Shown piece by piece: positions 34,792 through 42,633 of a stretch of 57,411 bases of DNA (the stretch's first letter is position 1; every line of letters begins with the position of its first letter). A program made the position numbers and the translations under genes. The stretch covers positions 20,754-78,164 of the forward strand of contig MHUO01000009.1 of assembly GCA_001825035.1 (NCBI GenBank), in the 5' to 3' direction. Below the pieces are notes generated by a model, which was given only the letters and a program-made list of their open reading frames with translations, did not search any database and was not told where the DNA came from. Source of the DNA: Candidatus Wildermuthbacteria bacterium RIFOXYD1_FULL_50_12. GTDB lineage: Bacteria; Patescibacteriota; Minisyncoccia; Minisyncoccales; UBA10102.

Positions 34792-35787
34792 ATGCACGTC
34801 GAACAGGATCGACCAGTGGGCTTGCTAACCCTTACGGCCGTGACGCCAAAAGAGGAGGTTGTTCTCCGGGATCTCGGTACTGCCTCCGTGTTCGGGCAGA
34901 TCCTCAGGTACCAGGGGCGTGGGAGCATCTCTCCCAACGCTCCGCTCAGCGAGCGCATGTGGCTCCGCTTCTCTTACGGGTTCGGCAAGAAGCTCACGCT
35001 CCTTGCTACAACCGAGGAGGACGAGAAGGCCGTGCGCCAGATCCGGGATGCCATCTACTTTGGCGGTGGTGGTCTCATCTTTACCATATACTCCGTGCGA
35101 GACGGCAAGTCCTCTGTGGACTTCGCCATCGCCCAGTGCAAGGTATGCGACAAGCCCGTGATCTCTCTGGTCGAGTGCGAGTGGCTCTACTGCGACGCCT
35201 GCGCCGCAAAGTGCGAGCACCGGTACGAGCGCGGCCCTATCCATGGCGGCGGAGTGGACCTGGGGATGGGCGAGTTCTGCGGCATCTGTGGCAGAGGAAA
35301 GCCCAAGCCCGAGGGCGAGCCGGAAAGGCCTCTCTACGACCATCACATCGCAGCCGAGGAGGAGCTCGGGGTACAGGTGATCTACGAGAACCTTCCCGGT
35401 ATCACCCCGCGCATGCTGAAGGGGTTCGTGGAGGGGACCGCGAAGAAGGTCCTTGTCGTTGAAGACGACCAATACTGGTCCGGTATCATTCGACGAGGGC
35501 TCAAAGGCAAGGTTCTGGTAGCCCAGGCCTTCACCACGGAAGAGGCAGAGGCCGTCTTTCAAGAAAGCCCTGACCTCGCCGTGATCCTCATGGATGCCTG
35601 CGTACCCGGGGACGACCCCAACACCATGTGGTTGGTGCGCAAGATGCGAGAGACCTTCACCGGTCCCATCATCGCCATCTCCAGCAACTCCGACTACCGC
35701 AAGGAGCTCATCCAGGCCGGTTGCGACCACGAAGCCGAGAAGACTGAAGCCGCTCAGAAGGTCCTTGAGCTCGTGGGCGTCTCGTAG
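34792..35787 (+). CDS. orphan response-regulator receiver (REC) domain protein with an N-terminal unknown domain and a Cys-rich zinc-ribbon-like segment
   Basis: C-terminus KKVLVVEDD...LAVILMDACVPG...IIAISS. Middle CKVCDKP...CEWLYCDACAAKCEH...CGICGRG. Visibly higher GC and GC3 than its neighbours. Confidence 0.7.
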   Translation: MHVEQDRPVGLLTLTAVTPKEEVVLRDLGTASVFGQILRYQGRGSISPNAPLSERMWLRFSYGFGKKLTLLATTEEDEKAVRQIRDAIYFGGGGLIFTIYSVRDGKSSVDFAIAQCKVCDKPVISLVECEWLYCDACAAKCEHRYERGPIHGGGVDLGMGEFCGICGRGKPKPEGEPERPLYDHHIAAEEELGVQVIYENLPGITPRMLKGFVEGTAKKVLVVEDDQYWSGIIRRGLKGKVLVAQAFTTEEAEAVFQESPDLAVILMDACVPGDDPNTMWLVRKMRETFTGPIIAISSNSDYRKELIQAGCDHEAEKTEAAQKVLELVGVS

Positions 35788-35886
35788 TTCACCAGATCCA
35801 AGTGGATACCTCCACGCCAGCTTGCGAAGTTATCGCAGGCTGGCTTTCTTATTGAGAAAATGTAACTTTTATGCTAAAAACTGTCT

Positions 35887-36960
35887 ATGCCAAGGAAGAA
35901 GGCAAAAATCTTTGTCGCAATGTCGGGGGGCGTTGACTCCTCTGTTTCCGCTGCCCTTCTCAAGAAGGCGGGTTTCCTGCCTGCCGGCAGGCAGGTCGAT
36001 GTTGTCGGAGTGCATATGAAATGCTGGAGTTCAGAGCTTTCCCGAGAGTGCACCGCCTCGGAGGACGAACATTCAGCCCGCATGGCAGCGGCGCACTTGG
36101 GCATTCCGTTTTATGTTTGGAATTTTGTTGCGGAATACAAGCGCCGCGTGGTGGATTATATGTTGGAAGGATACGAACAGGGCCTCACCCCAAACCCCGA
36201 CATTATGTGCAACAAGGAGATAAAGTTTGGTTTGTTTTTTGAGAAAGCGATAAAGCTGGGAGCGGACTATGTAGCTACTGGGCATTATGCCCGTATCGCT
36301 CGACATAACGCAACGCCTCGCCTTCTTCAGGGCGTGGATAAAGAAAAGGATCAATCCTATTTTCTATCGTTTATAAAGCCAGAAGTTTTGGATAAAATTT
36401 TATTTCCCGTTGGTAATTACACGAAGCCGCAGGTGCGGGCTCTTGCACGGAAATTCGGGTTGCCGAATGCGGAGCGAAAGGACAGTCAGGGAATCTGTTT
36501 TGTGGGCGAGGTGGCGATTGGGGATTTTTTGCGACAATATATTAAACCAAAGAAGGGCGATATCGTAGATACGCAGGGCAGGAAGCTGAGCGAGCATGAC
36601 GGCGTGTTCTATTATACTGTGGGCCAGAGAAAGGGAATTGGATTGGCAGGAGGTCCTTGGTACATTGTGCGTAAAGACGTGAAGAAAAATGAGCTGGTCG
36701 TAAGCAAGCAAGAGCAGGACTTGTACGCAAGCACCGCGACCATTGAAAACGTGCATTGGCTCGGGGAACCGGCACACCTGCCAGCAACTTTTCGCGCGCA
36801 TCTGCGATACCGGCACGCTGGGGCGCGAGCAGAACTTCGCAAAGAGGGAGATGGTTATGTGCTCGCGTTTGCGGAACCCCAGCGTGCCGTCACCCCGGGG
36901 CAATTCGCCGCTTTTTATGTTGGCGATCAACTCCTTGGCGGAGGAGTGATTCGGTGTTAA
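35887..36960 (+). CDS. mnmA: tRNA 2-thiouridine(34) synthase MnmA
   Basis: VAMSGGVDSSVSAALL (PP-loop), TPNPDIMCNKEIKF, DSQGICFVG. Confidence 0.93.
   Translation: MPRKKAKIFVAMSGGVDSSVSAALLKKAGFLPAGRQVDVVGVHMKCWSSELSRECTASEDEHSARMAAAHLGIPFYVWNFVAEYKRRVVDYMLEGYEQGLTPNPDIMCNKEIKFGLFFEKAIKLGADYVATGHYARIARHNATPRLLQGVDKEKDQSYFLSFIKPEVLDKILFPVGNYTKPQVRALARKFGLPNAERKDSQGICFVGEVAIGDFLRQYIKPKKGDIVDTQGRKLSEHDGVFYYTVGQRKGIGLAGGPWYIVRKDVKKNELVVSKQEQDLYASTATIENVHWLGEPAHLPATFRAHLRYRHAGARAELRKEGDGYVLAFAEPQRAVTPGQFAAFYVGDQLLGGGVIRC
35976..35995 (+). repeat. 20-nt perfect GC-rich palindrome inside mnmA
   Basis: CCTGCCTGCCGGCAGGCAGG encodes LPAGRQ, at a point where E. coli MnmA has no residues (LLQQQGYQVEGLFMKNW versus LLKKAGFLPAGRQVDVVGVHMKCW). 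Confidence 0.7.
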
Positions 36961-36974
36961 AATAACGAAAAAAG

Positions 36975-38714
36975 ATGGATTCAAGCGAGTTGCGGACACG
37001 ATTTTTGGATTATTTCAAAGAAAAGGGGCATACGATTGTGCCTTCTTCTTCGCTTTTGCCCGACGATCCTTCTGTGCTGTTGACGACCGCCGGAATGCAG
37101 CAATTTAAGCCATATTATACTGGTGCGGCCGACCCATTTCGCTCTCCGCACCCCACGCTTGAGGGAAAGCCGCTCGGGAGCAAAAACGCGGCCTCAATCC
37201 AAAAAAGTTTTCGGACTTCCGACATTGATGAAGTGGGCGACGAACGGCATCTGACCTTCTTTGAGATGATGGGGAACTTTTCCTTTGGTGGATATTTCAA
37301 AGAGGAGGCGATTCTCTACGCAAAAGAATTTTTGGACTCTCTTGGCGTCTCCATTGAATACGTTACGGTATTTGGCGGAGATAAGGATGTTCCGCGGGAT
37401 GAGGAATCGGTGAAGATATGGGAGAAATACGGATTTTCTGCAGCGAAAGGCAATCTCAAATTTATGGGTAGGGAAGATAATTTCTGGGGACCCACCGGAG
37501 CCGAAGGTCCTTGCGGCCCCACTACTGAGATTTATGCCGGGGGCATTGAAGTTTGGAATATTGTATTTAACGAATATTATCAAAAAGCCGATAAAACTTT
37601 AGAAAAACTACCAACACCCGGCGTGGATACCGGCATGGGGCTGGAACGGCTGGCTAGGGTTTTACAAAAGAAAGCCACCGTCTTTGAAACCGATCTCTTT
37701 TTGCGAGCTATGGCGGAATTGCCGGAGGATTTGGACGAGAGAATCCGGCGGATTTTTGGCGATCACACGAGGGCCATTGCATTTTTGCTTGCAGACGGAG
37801 TGCTTCCGTCAAATAAGGAAGCTGGATACGTGTTGCGCCGCCTTATGCGCCGCCTGCTTGTGTACGAACATTTAGATGCTCGCATTGCAACCGAAAAACT
37901 CTTGGAAAGAGTGGTGGAAACGTACGGGCATCCATATTCCAATTTGCGCAAAGAGTTTATTTTGCAGGGCTTTCGAGCTGAAAAAGAACGTTTTCAGCAA
38001 AGCATCGCACGAGGATTAAAGGAACTTCAGCGCCTCCCGGCCCTCAATGCGCGCAATGCGTTTTCTCTATACGAGAGCTACGGCATTCCCTATGAAATTA
38101 TCAAGGAGCTGGGCGGACAAAGAGCTCAAGGCCTCGCGCGCGAGGGTTTTGATGCAGAGTTTGCGAAGCATCAGGAGATTTCGCGGGCGGGACAGGAGCG
38201 GAAATTCGGCGGACACGGTTTGATCCTCAATACGGGGGAACTGAAGGCCGCAAACGAAGAAGAGGCGAAAATAGTGACGCGTCTCCACACGGCAACCCAT
38301 CTTATGCAAGCCGCGTTGAGGAGAGTTCTCGGAGAGGGCGTTCGTCAAGCGGGTTCCGACATCACGGCTGAGCGTACGCGCTTTGACTTTACCTTTGACC
38401 GAAAACTCGCGCCAGAGGAAATTCGGCAGGTGGAAGAACTTGTGAACAAAGCCATTCAAGACGATTTGCTGGTAACATATGAAGAGCTCCCGTACGAAGA
38501 AGCGGTTAAAACGGGCGCGCTCCATTTTGCAAAAGAGAAGTATCCGCAGCGCGTGAAGGTATACACTATGGATTCCAAATATCCCGAACCATTTTCCAAG
38601 GAATTGTGCGGAGGGCCGCACGTGCAGCGCACGGGGGAACTTGGGCATTTTAAAGTTCTCAAAGAAGAAGCGGTGTCTGCGGGTATTCGTCGCATCCGTG
38701 CGACAGTGAAGTAG
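36975..38714 (+). CDS. alaS: alanine--tRNA ligase, short form (no C-Ala domain)
   Basis: TTAGMQQFKPYY, FEMMGNFSFGGYFK, GVDTGMGLERL, and editing-site HTATHLMQAAL...CGGPHV. Only 579 aa. Confidence 0.88.
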   Translation: MDSSELRTRFLDYFKEKGHTIVPSSSLLPDDPSVLLTTAGMQQFKPYYTGAADPFRSPHPTLEGKPLGSKNAASIQKSFRTSDIDEVGDERHLTFFEMMGNFSFGGYFKEEAILYAKEFLDSLGVSIEYVTVFGGDKDVPRDEESVKIWEKYGFSAAKGNLKFMGREDNFWGPTGAEGPCGPTTEIYAGGIEVWNIVFNEYYQKADKTLEKLPTPGVDTGMGLERLARVLQKKATVFETDLFLRAMAELPEDLDERIRRIFGDHTRAIAFLLADGVLPSNKEAGYVLRRLMRRLLVYEHLDARIATEKLLERVVETYGHPYSNLRKEFILQGFRAEKERFQQSIARGLKELQRLPALNARNAFSLYESYGIPYEIIKELGGQRAQGLAREGFDAEFAKHQEISRAGQERKFGGHGLILNTGELKAANEEEAKIVTRLHTATHLMQAALRRVLGEGVRQAGSDITAERTRFDFTFDRKLAPEEIRQVEELVNKAIQDDLLVTYEELPYEEAVKTGALHFAKEKYPQRVKVYTMDSKYPEPFSKELCGGPHVQRTGELGHFKVLKEEAVSAGIRRIRATVK

Positions 38715-38724
38715 ACAAACGCTC

Positions 38725-38797
38725 GCATTACGACTTTTTCTTGCGCTTTACCCCTCCTTCGGAGTGGACCCTCGCGTCTGCGAAAAAGTCGTAATGC
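38725..38797 (+). repeat. extended hairpin element with a conserved core, copy E2
   Basis: Arms GCATTACGACTTTTT / AAAAAGTCGTAATGC (15 bp) flank the core TTGCGCTTTACCCCTCCTTCGGAGTGGACCCTCGCGTC. Starts 10 nt after the alaS stop. Confidence 0.75.
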
Positions 38798-38838
38798 TCG
38801 CTTTGTATTCAAAGGTATTTGATGTACAATACATCTAT

Positions 38839-39975
38839 ATGAGTTTTGAGTTTTTGCGTTGGGCGCGGGAAGAGCGCAAAAATTTTTTGGTGGTGCGCAT
38901 AGGGCAAAGGGAAATTGATTTTTTGCTATTCGGAAAAGAAAACGGCGAAATGCACGTTCTCGCGTACGGGAGCGAGGAAATTTCGCATTTTACCGCGCTC
39001 CAAACATTGGAAAGAATCTTTGCTCGGATTCCGCACAAAACATCCGTGCAAGAACTCATCGCCACATTTGACACGAGCTCTTTTCGGGCGCAGTCCATTA
39101 AACTTATTCTTCCTCCTCAATCGCCTCCTCACCGCATTGATAAGGCAGAGGCGTTTGCTTTGGAGCGGGATACGCGTACGCGCGCAGAACGCATATTTCA
39201 AAATCTGCTCTTTAAAGAGTCCGGCATTTTGCCGAGTGAGTTTTCTTTGCGGAAGATGGATATTCTTGAGCGGAGAATAGACGGATACGCCGTCCCCCGC
39301 CTCGAGGGTTTCAAGGGCGGCGAAATTGAGTTTTCCGTGTTAGTTATGTTTTTGCTGGAGACCGCGCTTAGCCAAGTGGAGAAGTTTGCGAAAGCACGTA
39401 AAATCTCCCGCGTGCGGGTAATACATATTGCAGAAGCTCTGAAGGTCTTCACGAGCAAGCCCGGGCGGGAAGGCGTCTATCTTTGCATGGAAGAAGAAAA
39501 AACCCGGGTTGCGGTTCACAATGAGGGCCACTTCCTGTTTTTGGGTGCGCTGCCCATGGGCGCGCATCATTTTGCAGAATTTTTCAGCGACGTGATAGGA
39601 ATGCGTGAGCCCAGCGCGCGCCTGCTGCAGCAGCGTTATTTTGAGGGCACTCTTTCTGAGGAGGTGCGGGAAAAGGTGCACAAGTATCTGTTGCCTGAAA
39701 CGCGTAAATTTGGTACATTACTCAGGGAAAAACTTTTGGAAGCGAAAACTGCCTTGCCCGAATCCGTATGGATATTCGGAAGAGGAGGCGTCCTCCGAGA
39801 CCTGCAGGACGTGTTTAGCGACGATATGCTGAGAGATCTTCCGTTTGTCCAGAGGCCCAAAACGAGATTTCTGCTCCCCAAGGATGTTTGGGAGGCAGGG
39901 CATTTTCCTGGGACGCAGGATTCCCTGTACACCGAGCTTTGTCTTATAGGCGCTTTCGTGTTGAATCGCGAATGA
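38839..39975 (+). CDS. FtsA/PilM-like actin-fold protein (tentative)
   Basis: 378 aa. The pattern of beta-rich N-terminus, VYLCMEEEKTRVAV, LPMGAHHF and IFGRGGV resembles FtsA/PilM ATPase-fold motifs. ATG 38839 chosen because the element E2 lies upstream. Confidence 0.45.
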   Translation: MSFEFLRWAREERKNFLVVRIGQREIDFLLFGKENGEMHVLAYGSEEISHFTALQTLERIFARIPHKTSVQELIATFDTSSFRAQSIKLILPPQSPPHRIDKAEAFALERDTRTRAERIFQNLLFKESGILPSEFSLRKMDILERRIDGYAVPRLEGFKGGEIEFSVLVMFLLETALSQVEKFAKARKISRVRVIHIAEALKVFTSKPGREGVYLCMEEEKTRVAVHNEGHFLFLGALPMGAHHFAEFFSDVIGMREPSARLLQQRYFEGTLSEEVREKVHKYLLPETRKFGTLLREKLLEAKTALPESVWIFGRGGVLRDLQDVFSDDMLRDLPFVQRPKTRFLLPKDVWEAGHFPGTQDSLYTELCLIGAFVLNRE

Positions 39976-41255
39976 AAAAACGGCTTATAGATATTTATCC
40001 GCCTCATGACGGCCCCCCAGCGTTTTCAGAGGGAGAAGCGCTTTTTGATGATGAGGGAAGGATTTCAAATGCGACAGGTTCTGCCGCGCGCCCGGCGGCG
40101 GGCAGATTTGCCGGCATTTTGGTCCTTTTGGCAATTCTTTTGATGGTTTTGCCATTTGTGCTTCATATCTTTTTTGTGCGCGCCTCTGTGCAGGCCTGGC
40201 CCCATATCACCAAGCTTCACGTGACAGAACAGCTGGTCGCGCAAATTGGGCAAGACAGCGTGAACTTGGAAAAGAGGATTATCCGGGCTCGCGCGTTCCA
40301 GGAGGATGCCGAACAAACTCTGCTTTTCCCCTCGTCGGGTACAAAATTCAAGGAGGAGAAGGCGCGTGGAACTATTCGGGTATACAACGAAAACACCGCA
40401 AGCCCGCAGGCGCTCGTAGCAAACACGCGATTTATCTCAGAGGACGGAAAAATATTCCGGCTTGAAGCATCTGCTTCCATTCCCGCAGCCCGTATGGACG
40501 GCAGACGTCTCGTGCCCGGATCTCTTGATCTCCAGGTACTGGCCTCAGAGCCGGGAGAAGAGTACAACATTGGAGCTTCCAAATTTTCCCTTCCGGGCTT
40601 GGTCGGATCTCCTCTGTACACAAAAATCTATGGAGAATCGCTGGGACCTATGGCTGGCGGCATGCGGAGAACCGTGTCTGTGACGACGGAAGAAGATATA
40701 GAAGAGGCGCGCGCCCAGCTCACTGAAACGCTCAAGGCGCAGGCAACGAAATCCCTGCTGGCGAAAGTTCCTCCTCAATTTCAGATGCTTGCCGATTCCG
40801 TGAACACCCTCCTTATGGAGGACAACTCTTTAGTAAAGCCGGGAGCGGAGCTGGAACAGTTTAATTATACTGCGAAAATGCGTGTTTCCATGATCGGATT
40901 TCATAGGGAAGACGCCGACTTGCTTGCGCGCCGCCTGCTCTTTGCGCAACTGGGGGATATCTACGCTCTCAATGAGAAAACGCTCCGGACTACCTATTCT
41001 ATGCGGGGAGAAATGGCAGAGACCGGTGCCCTGCCCCTTGAGGTTCAGATAAGCGTAGATAGATACGAAAAGGTTGACAAGGCGGGCTTGGCAAACCGCT
41101 TGAAGGGCGCTTCAGAAAGCCAATTCGGTCAGTTACTGGGGGAATACCCATTTTTGGCGAAAGCAAAGATTTCCCTATGGCCTTTTTGGATTTCCCGCAT
41201 GCCTCCCGATTCTGAAAGGATAACTATTGAGGTGCTTTTGGAGGGCTCGCCCTGA
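39972..41255 (+). CDS. hypothetical membrane-anchored protein
   Basis: ATGA overlap with the preceding gene. TM FAGILVLLAILLMVLPFVL followed by a large extracytoplasmic beta-rich region. Confidence 0.7.
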   Translation: MKKRLIDIYPPHDGPPAFSEGEALFDDEGRISNATGSAARPAAGRFAGILVLLAILLMVLPFVLHIFFVRASVQAWPHITKLHVTEQLVAQIGQDSVNLEKRIIRARAFQEDAEQTLLFPSSGTKFKEEKARGTIRVYNENTASPQALVANTRFISEDGKIFRLEASASIPAARMDGRRLVPGSLDLQVLASEPGEEYNIGASKFSLPGLVGSPLYTKIYGESLGPMAGGMRRTVSVTTEEDIEEARAQLTETLKAQATKSLLAKVPPQFQMLADSVNTLLMEDNSLVKPGAELEQFNYTAKMRVSMIGFHREDADLLARRLLFAQLGDIYALNEKTLRTTYSMRGEMAETGALPLEVQISVDRYEKVDKAGLANRLKGASESQFGQLLGEYPFLAKAKISLWPFWISRMPPDSERITIEVLLEGSP

Positions 41256-41268
41256 GCTTGTCGAAGGG

Positions 41269-41297
41269 TTGACGAATATATCAACATTTGGTACGAT
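41269..41297 (+). promoter_or_regulatory. candidate promoter of the infA-rpmJ-rpsM operon
   Basis: TTGACG, 17-nt spacer ending in TGg, then TACGAT. Ends 16 nt before the infA ATG. Confidence 0.55.
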
Positions 41298-41312
41298 ACC
41301 CATTACGAGCGC

Positions 41313-41561
41313 ATGTCCGAACAATCTTCCGTAGGTGGGCAGGAATCTGGCTCCAGAGAGTTTAGACGATCTGGCGAAGTGACGGAGTCCTTGCCGAGTT
41401 TTCAATTTCGGGTTAAACTTGCTGACGGCCAGGAAATCTTGGCTTATGTTTCGGGCAAACTCCGAATACATAAAATTCGTATTCTCCCCGGTGATCACGT
41501 AACGGTTGAGCTGAGTCCCTACGATATGAAAAGGGGCCGGATCGTGTATCGCGGGAAATAA
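41313..41561 (+). CDS. infA: translation initiation factor IF-1
   Basis: [49 protein letters not shown]. Confidence 0.95.
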   Translation: MSEQSSVGGQESGSREFRRSGEVTESLPSFQFRVKLADGQEILAYVSGKLRIHKIRILPGDHVTVELSPYDMKRGRIVYRGK

Positions 41562-41568
41562 ACGAGCT

Positions 41569-41685
41569 ATGAGAGTTCAATCAGCGATAAAAAAAATATG
41601 CAAGGACTGCAAGATCGTCAAGCGAGATAGGAAGTTGTACGTGACGTGCAAGAAAAATCCCAAACATAAGCAGAGACAAGGATAA
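41569..41685 (+). CDS. rpmJ: 50S ribosomal protein L36
   Basis: 38-aa ORF below the track cutoff: [38 protein letters not shown]. Confidence 0.9.
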   Translation: MRVQSAIKKICKDCKIVKRDRKLYVTCKKNPKHKQRQG

Positions 41686-41689
41686 CAGT

Positions 41690-42079
41690 ATGCCGCGGCT
41701 TGTAGGAGTAGCCATTCCCGACAATAAGCAAATTGGTGTCTCTCTTACCTATATTTACGGGATAGGGCTTTCTTTGAGTCGCAAAATTTTGCGGGAGGCG
41801 GGGGTGGACGAAACGCGAAAGGCCTCTAGCATAACGCCCGATGAGCTGAATAAAATAAAAGAAATTATTGAAAAAAACTACCGAACCGAAGGTGAATTGC
41901 GGCGAGAGATAATGATGAACGTTCGAAGGTTGCGCGATATTGGTTCGTGGCGGGGAAGCAGACATGCGAGGCACCTGCCCGTAAGAGGCCAGCGAACGCG
42001 CACAAATTCGCGAACCATCCGCGGGAACGTGCGGAAAACCGTAACTTCGGGCAGAAAGCCGCCGGCAACGCCAACCTAA
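41690..42079 (+). CDS. rpsM: 30S ribosomal protein S13
   Basis: MPRLVGVAIPDNKQIGVSLTYIYGIG...GSWRGSRH..HLPVRGQRTRTN. Confidence 0.95.
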   Translation: MPRLVGVAIPDNKQIGVSLTYIYGIGLSLSRKILREAGVDETRKASSITPDELNKIKEIIEKNYRTEGELRREIMMNVRRLRDIGSWRGSRHARHLPVRGQRTRTNSRTIRGNVRKTVTSGRKPPATPT

Positions 42080-42166
42080 TATGGGTCCCGTACGAAATTC
42101 CCTGGGTCAAAGGGTATTTCCACGGGTAATAGAAAAAGATAACAAACGAAATTTCGTACGGGATGG
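42080..42166 (+). repeat. ~85-nt inverted-repeat element, copy L1, between rpsM and rpsK
   Basis: 13-bp perfect arms TCCCGTACGAAAT (42086) and ATTTCGTACGGGA (42151). The 3' arm ends on the A of the rpsK ATG. Homologous copy at 47050-47135. Confidence 0.8.
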
Positions 42167-42606
42167 GGAAAAAACGCATTATACAAAAAGGAGAAGTGGG
42201 AACGGCAGAAGGGGGCGCGGATGCCGTGGCAAAGGCCGCTCGGGTCAGCTCTTCAAGGCGGGTGCCCGAAGGCCGGGTGTACGTGTATTCTTCCTACAAT
42301 AATACCTTAATGTCGCTTTGCGACGCGAAAGGCAATCTATTGGCGCAGGTTTCAGCTGGCGCAATCGGGTTTAAGGGCACGAAAAAATCCACCCCGTTTG
42401 CCGCCTCCAAGGTCGCAGACGCCCTCTCGCAAATTGCCAAGAACAGAGGCGTAGAAAAAGTTGAGATTTTCATTAAAGGAGTCGGGTCGGGCAGAGATTC
42501 TGCCTTGCGGGCATTGGGCTCAAAGGGCTTTGAAGTATCTGCAATCCGGGATATCACCCCGATTCCTCATAACGGTCCTCGTTCGAGAAAAGTGCGCAGA
42601 GTGTAA
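42163..42606 (+). CDS. rpsK: 30S ribosomal protein S11
   Basis: GRVYVYSSYNNTLMSLCDAKGN...GFKGTKKSTPFAA...ITPIPHNGPRSRKVRRV. Confidence 0.95.
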   Translation: MGKKRIIQKGEVGTAEGGADAVAKAARVSSSRRVPEGRVYVYSSYNNTLMSLCDAKGNLLAQVSAGAIGFKGTKKSTPFAASKVADALSQIAKNRGVEKVEIFIKGVGSGRDSALRALGSKGFEVSAIRDITPIPHNGPRSRKVRRV

Positions 42607-42633
42607 CCCATTCGACAAGCTCAGGGTAAACAT

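Noticed and set aside
34825-35730. A 301-aa ORF on the minus strand.
   Set aside because: It lies entirely antisense to the GC-rich REC-domain gene, and high GC3 suppresses stop codons in the opposite frame. It is low-complexity (G/A/L/V/H-rich) with no motif. The plus-strand ORF has a promoter, an SD and a recognisable receiver domain.
42081-42302. This 73-aa ORF, the ORF at 46909-47274 and minus-strand ORFs all share peptide strings (KRNFVRDG; IPYEIS.VIF), hinting at a small conserved protein.
   Set aside because: The similarity comes from the repeated L element read in an arbitrary frame. The ORFs are out of frame with, and overlap, rpsK and murA, and have no independent start signals.
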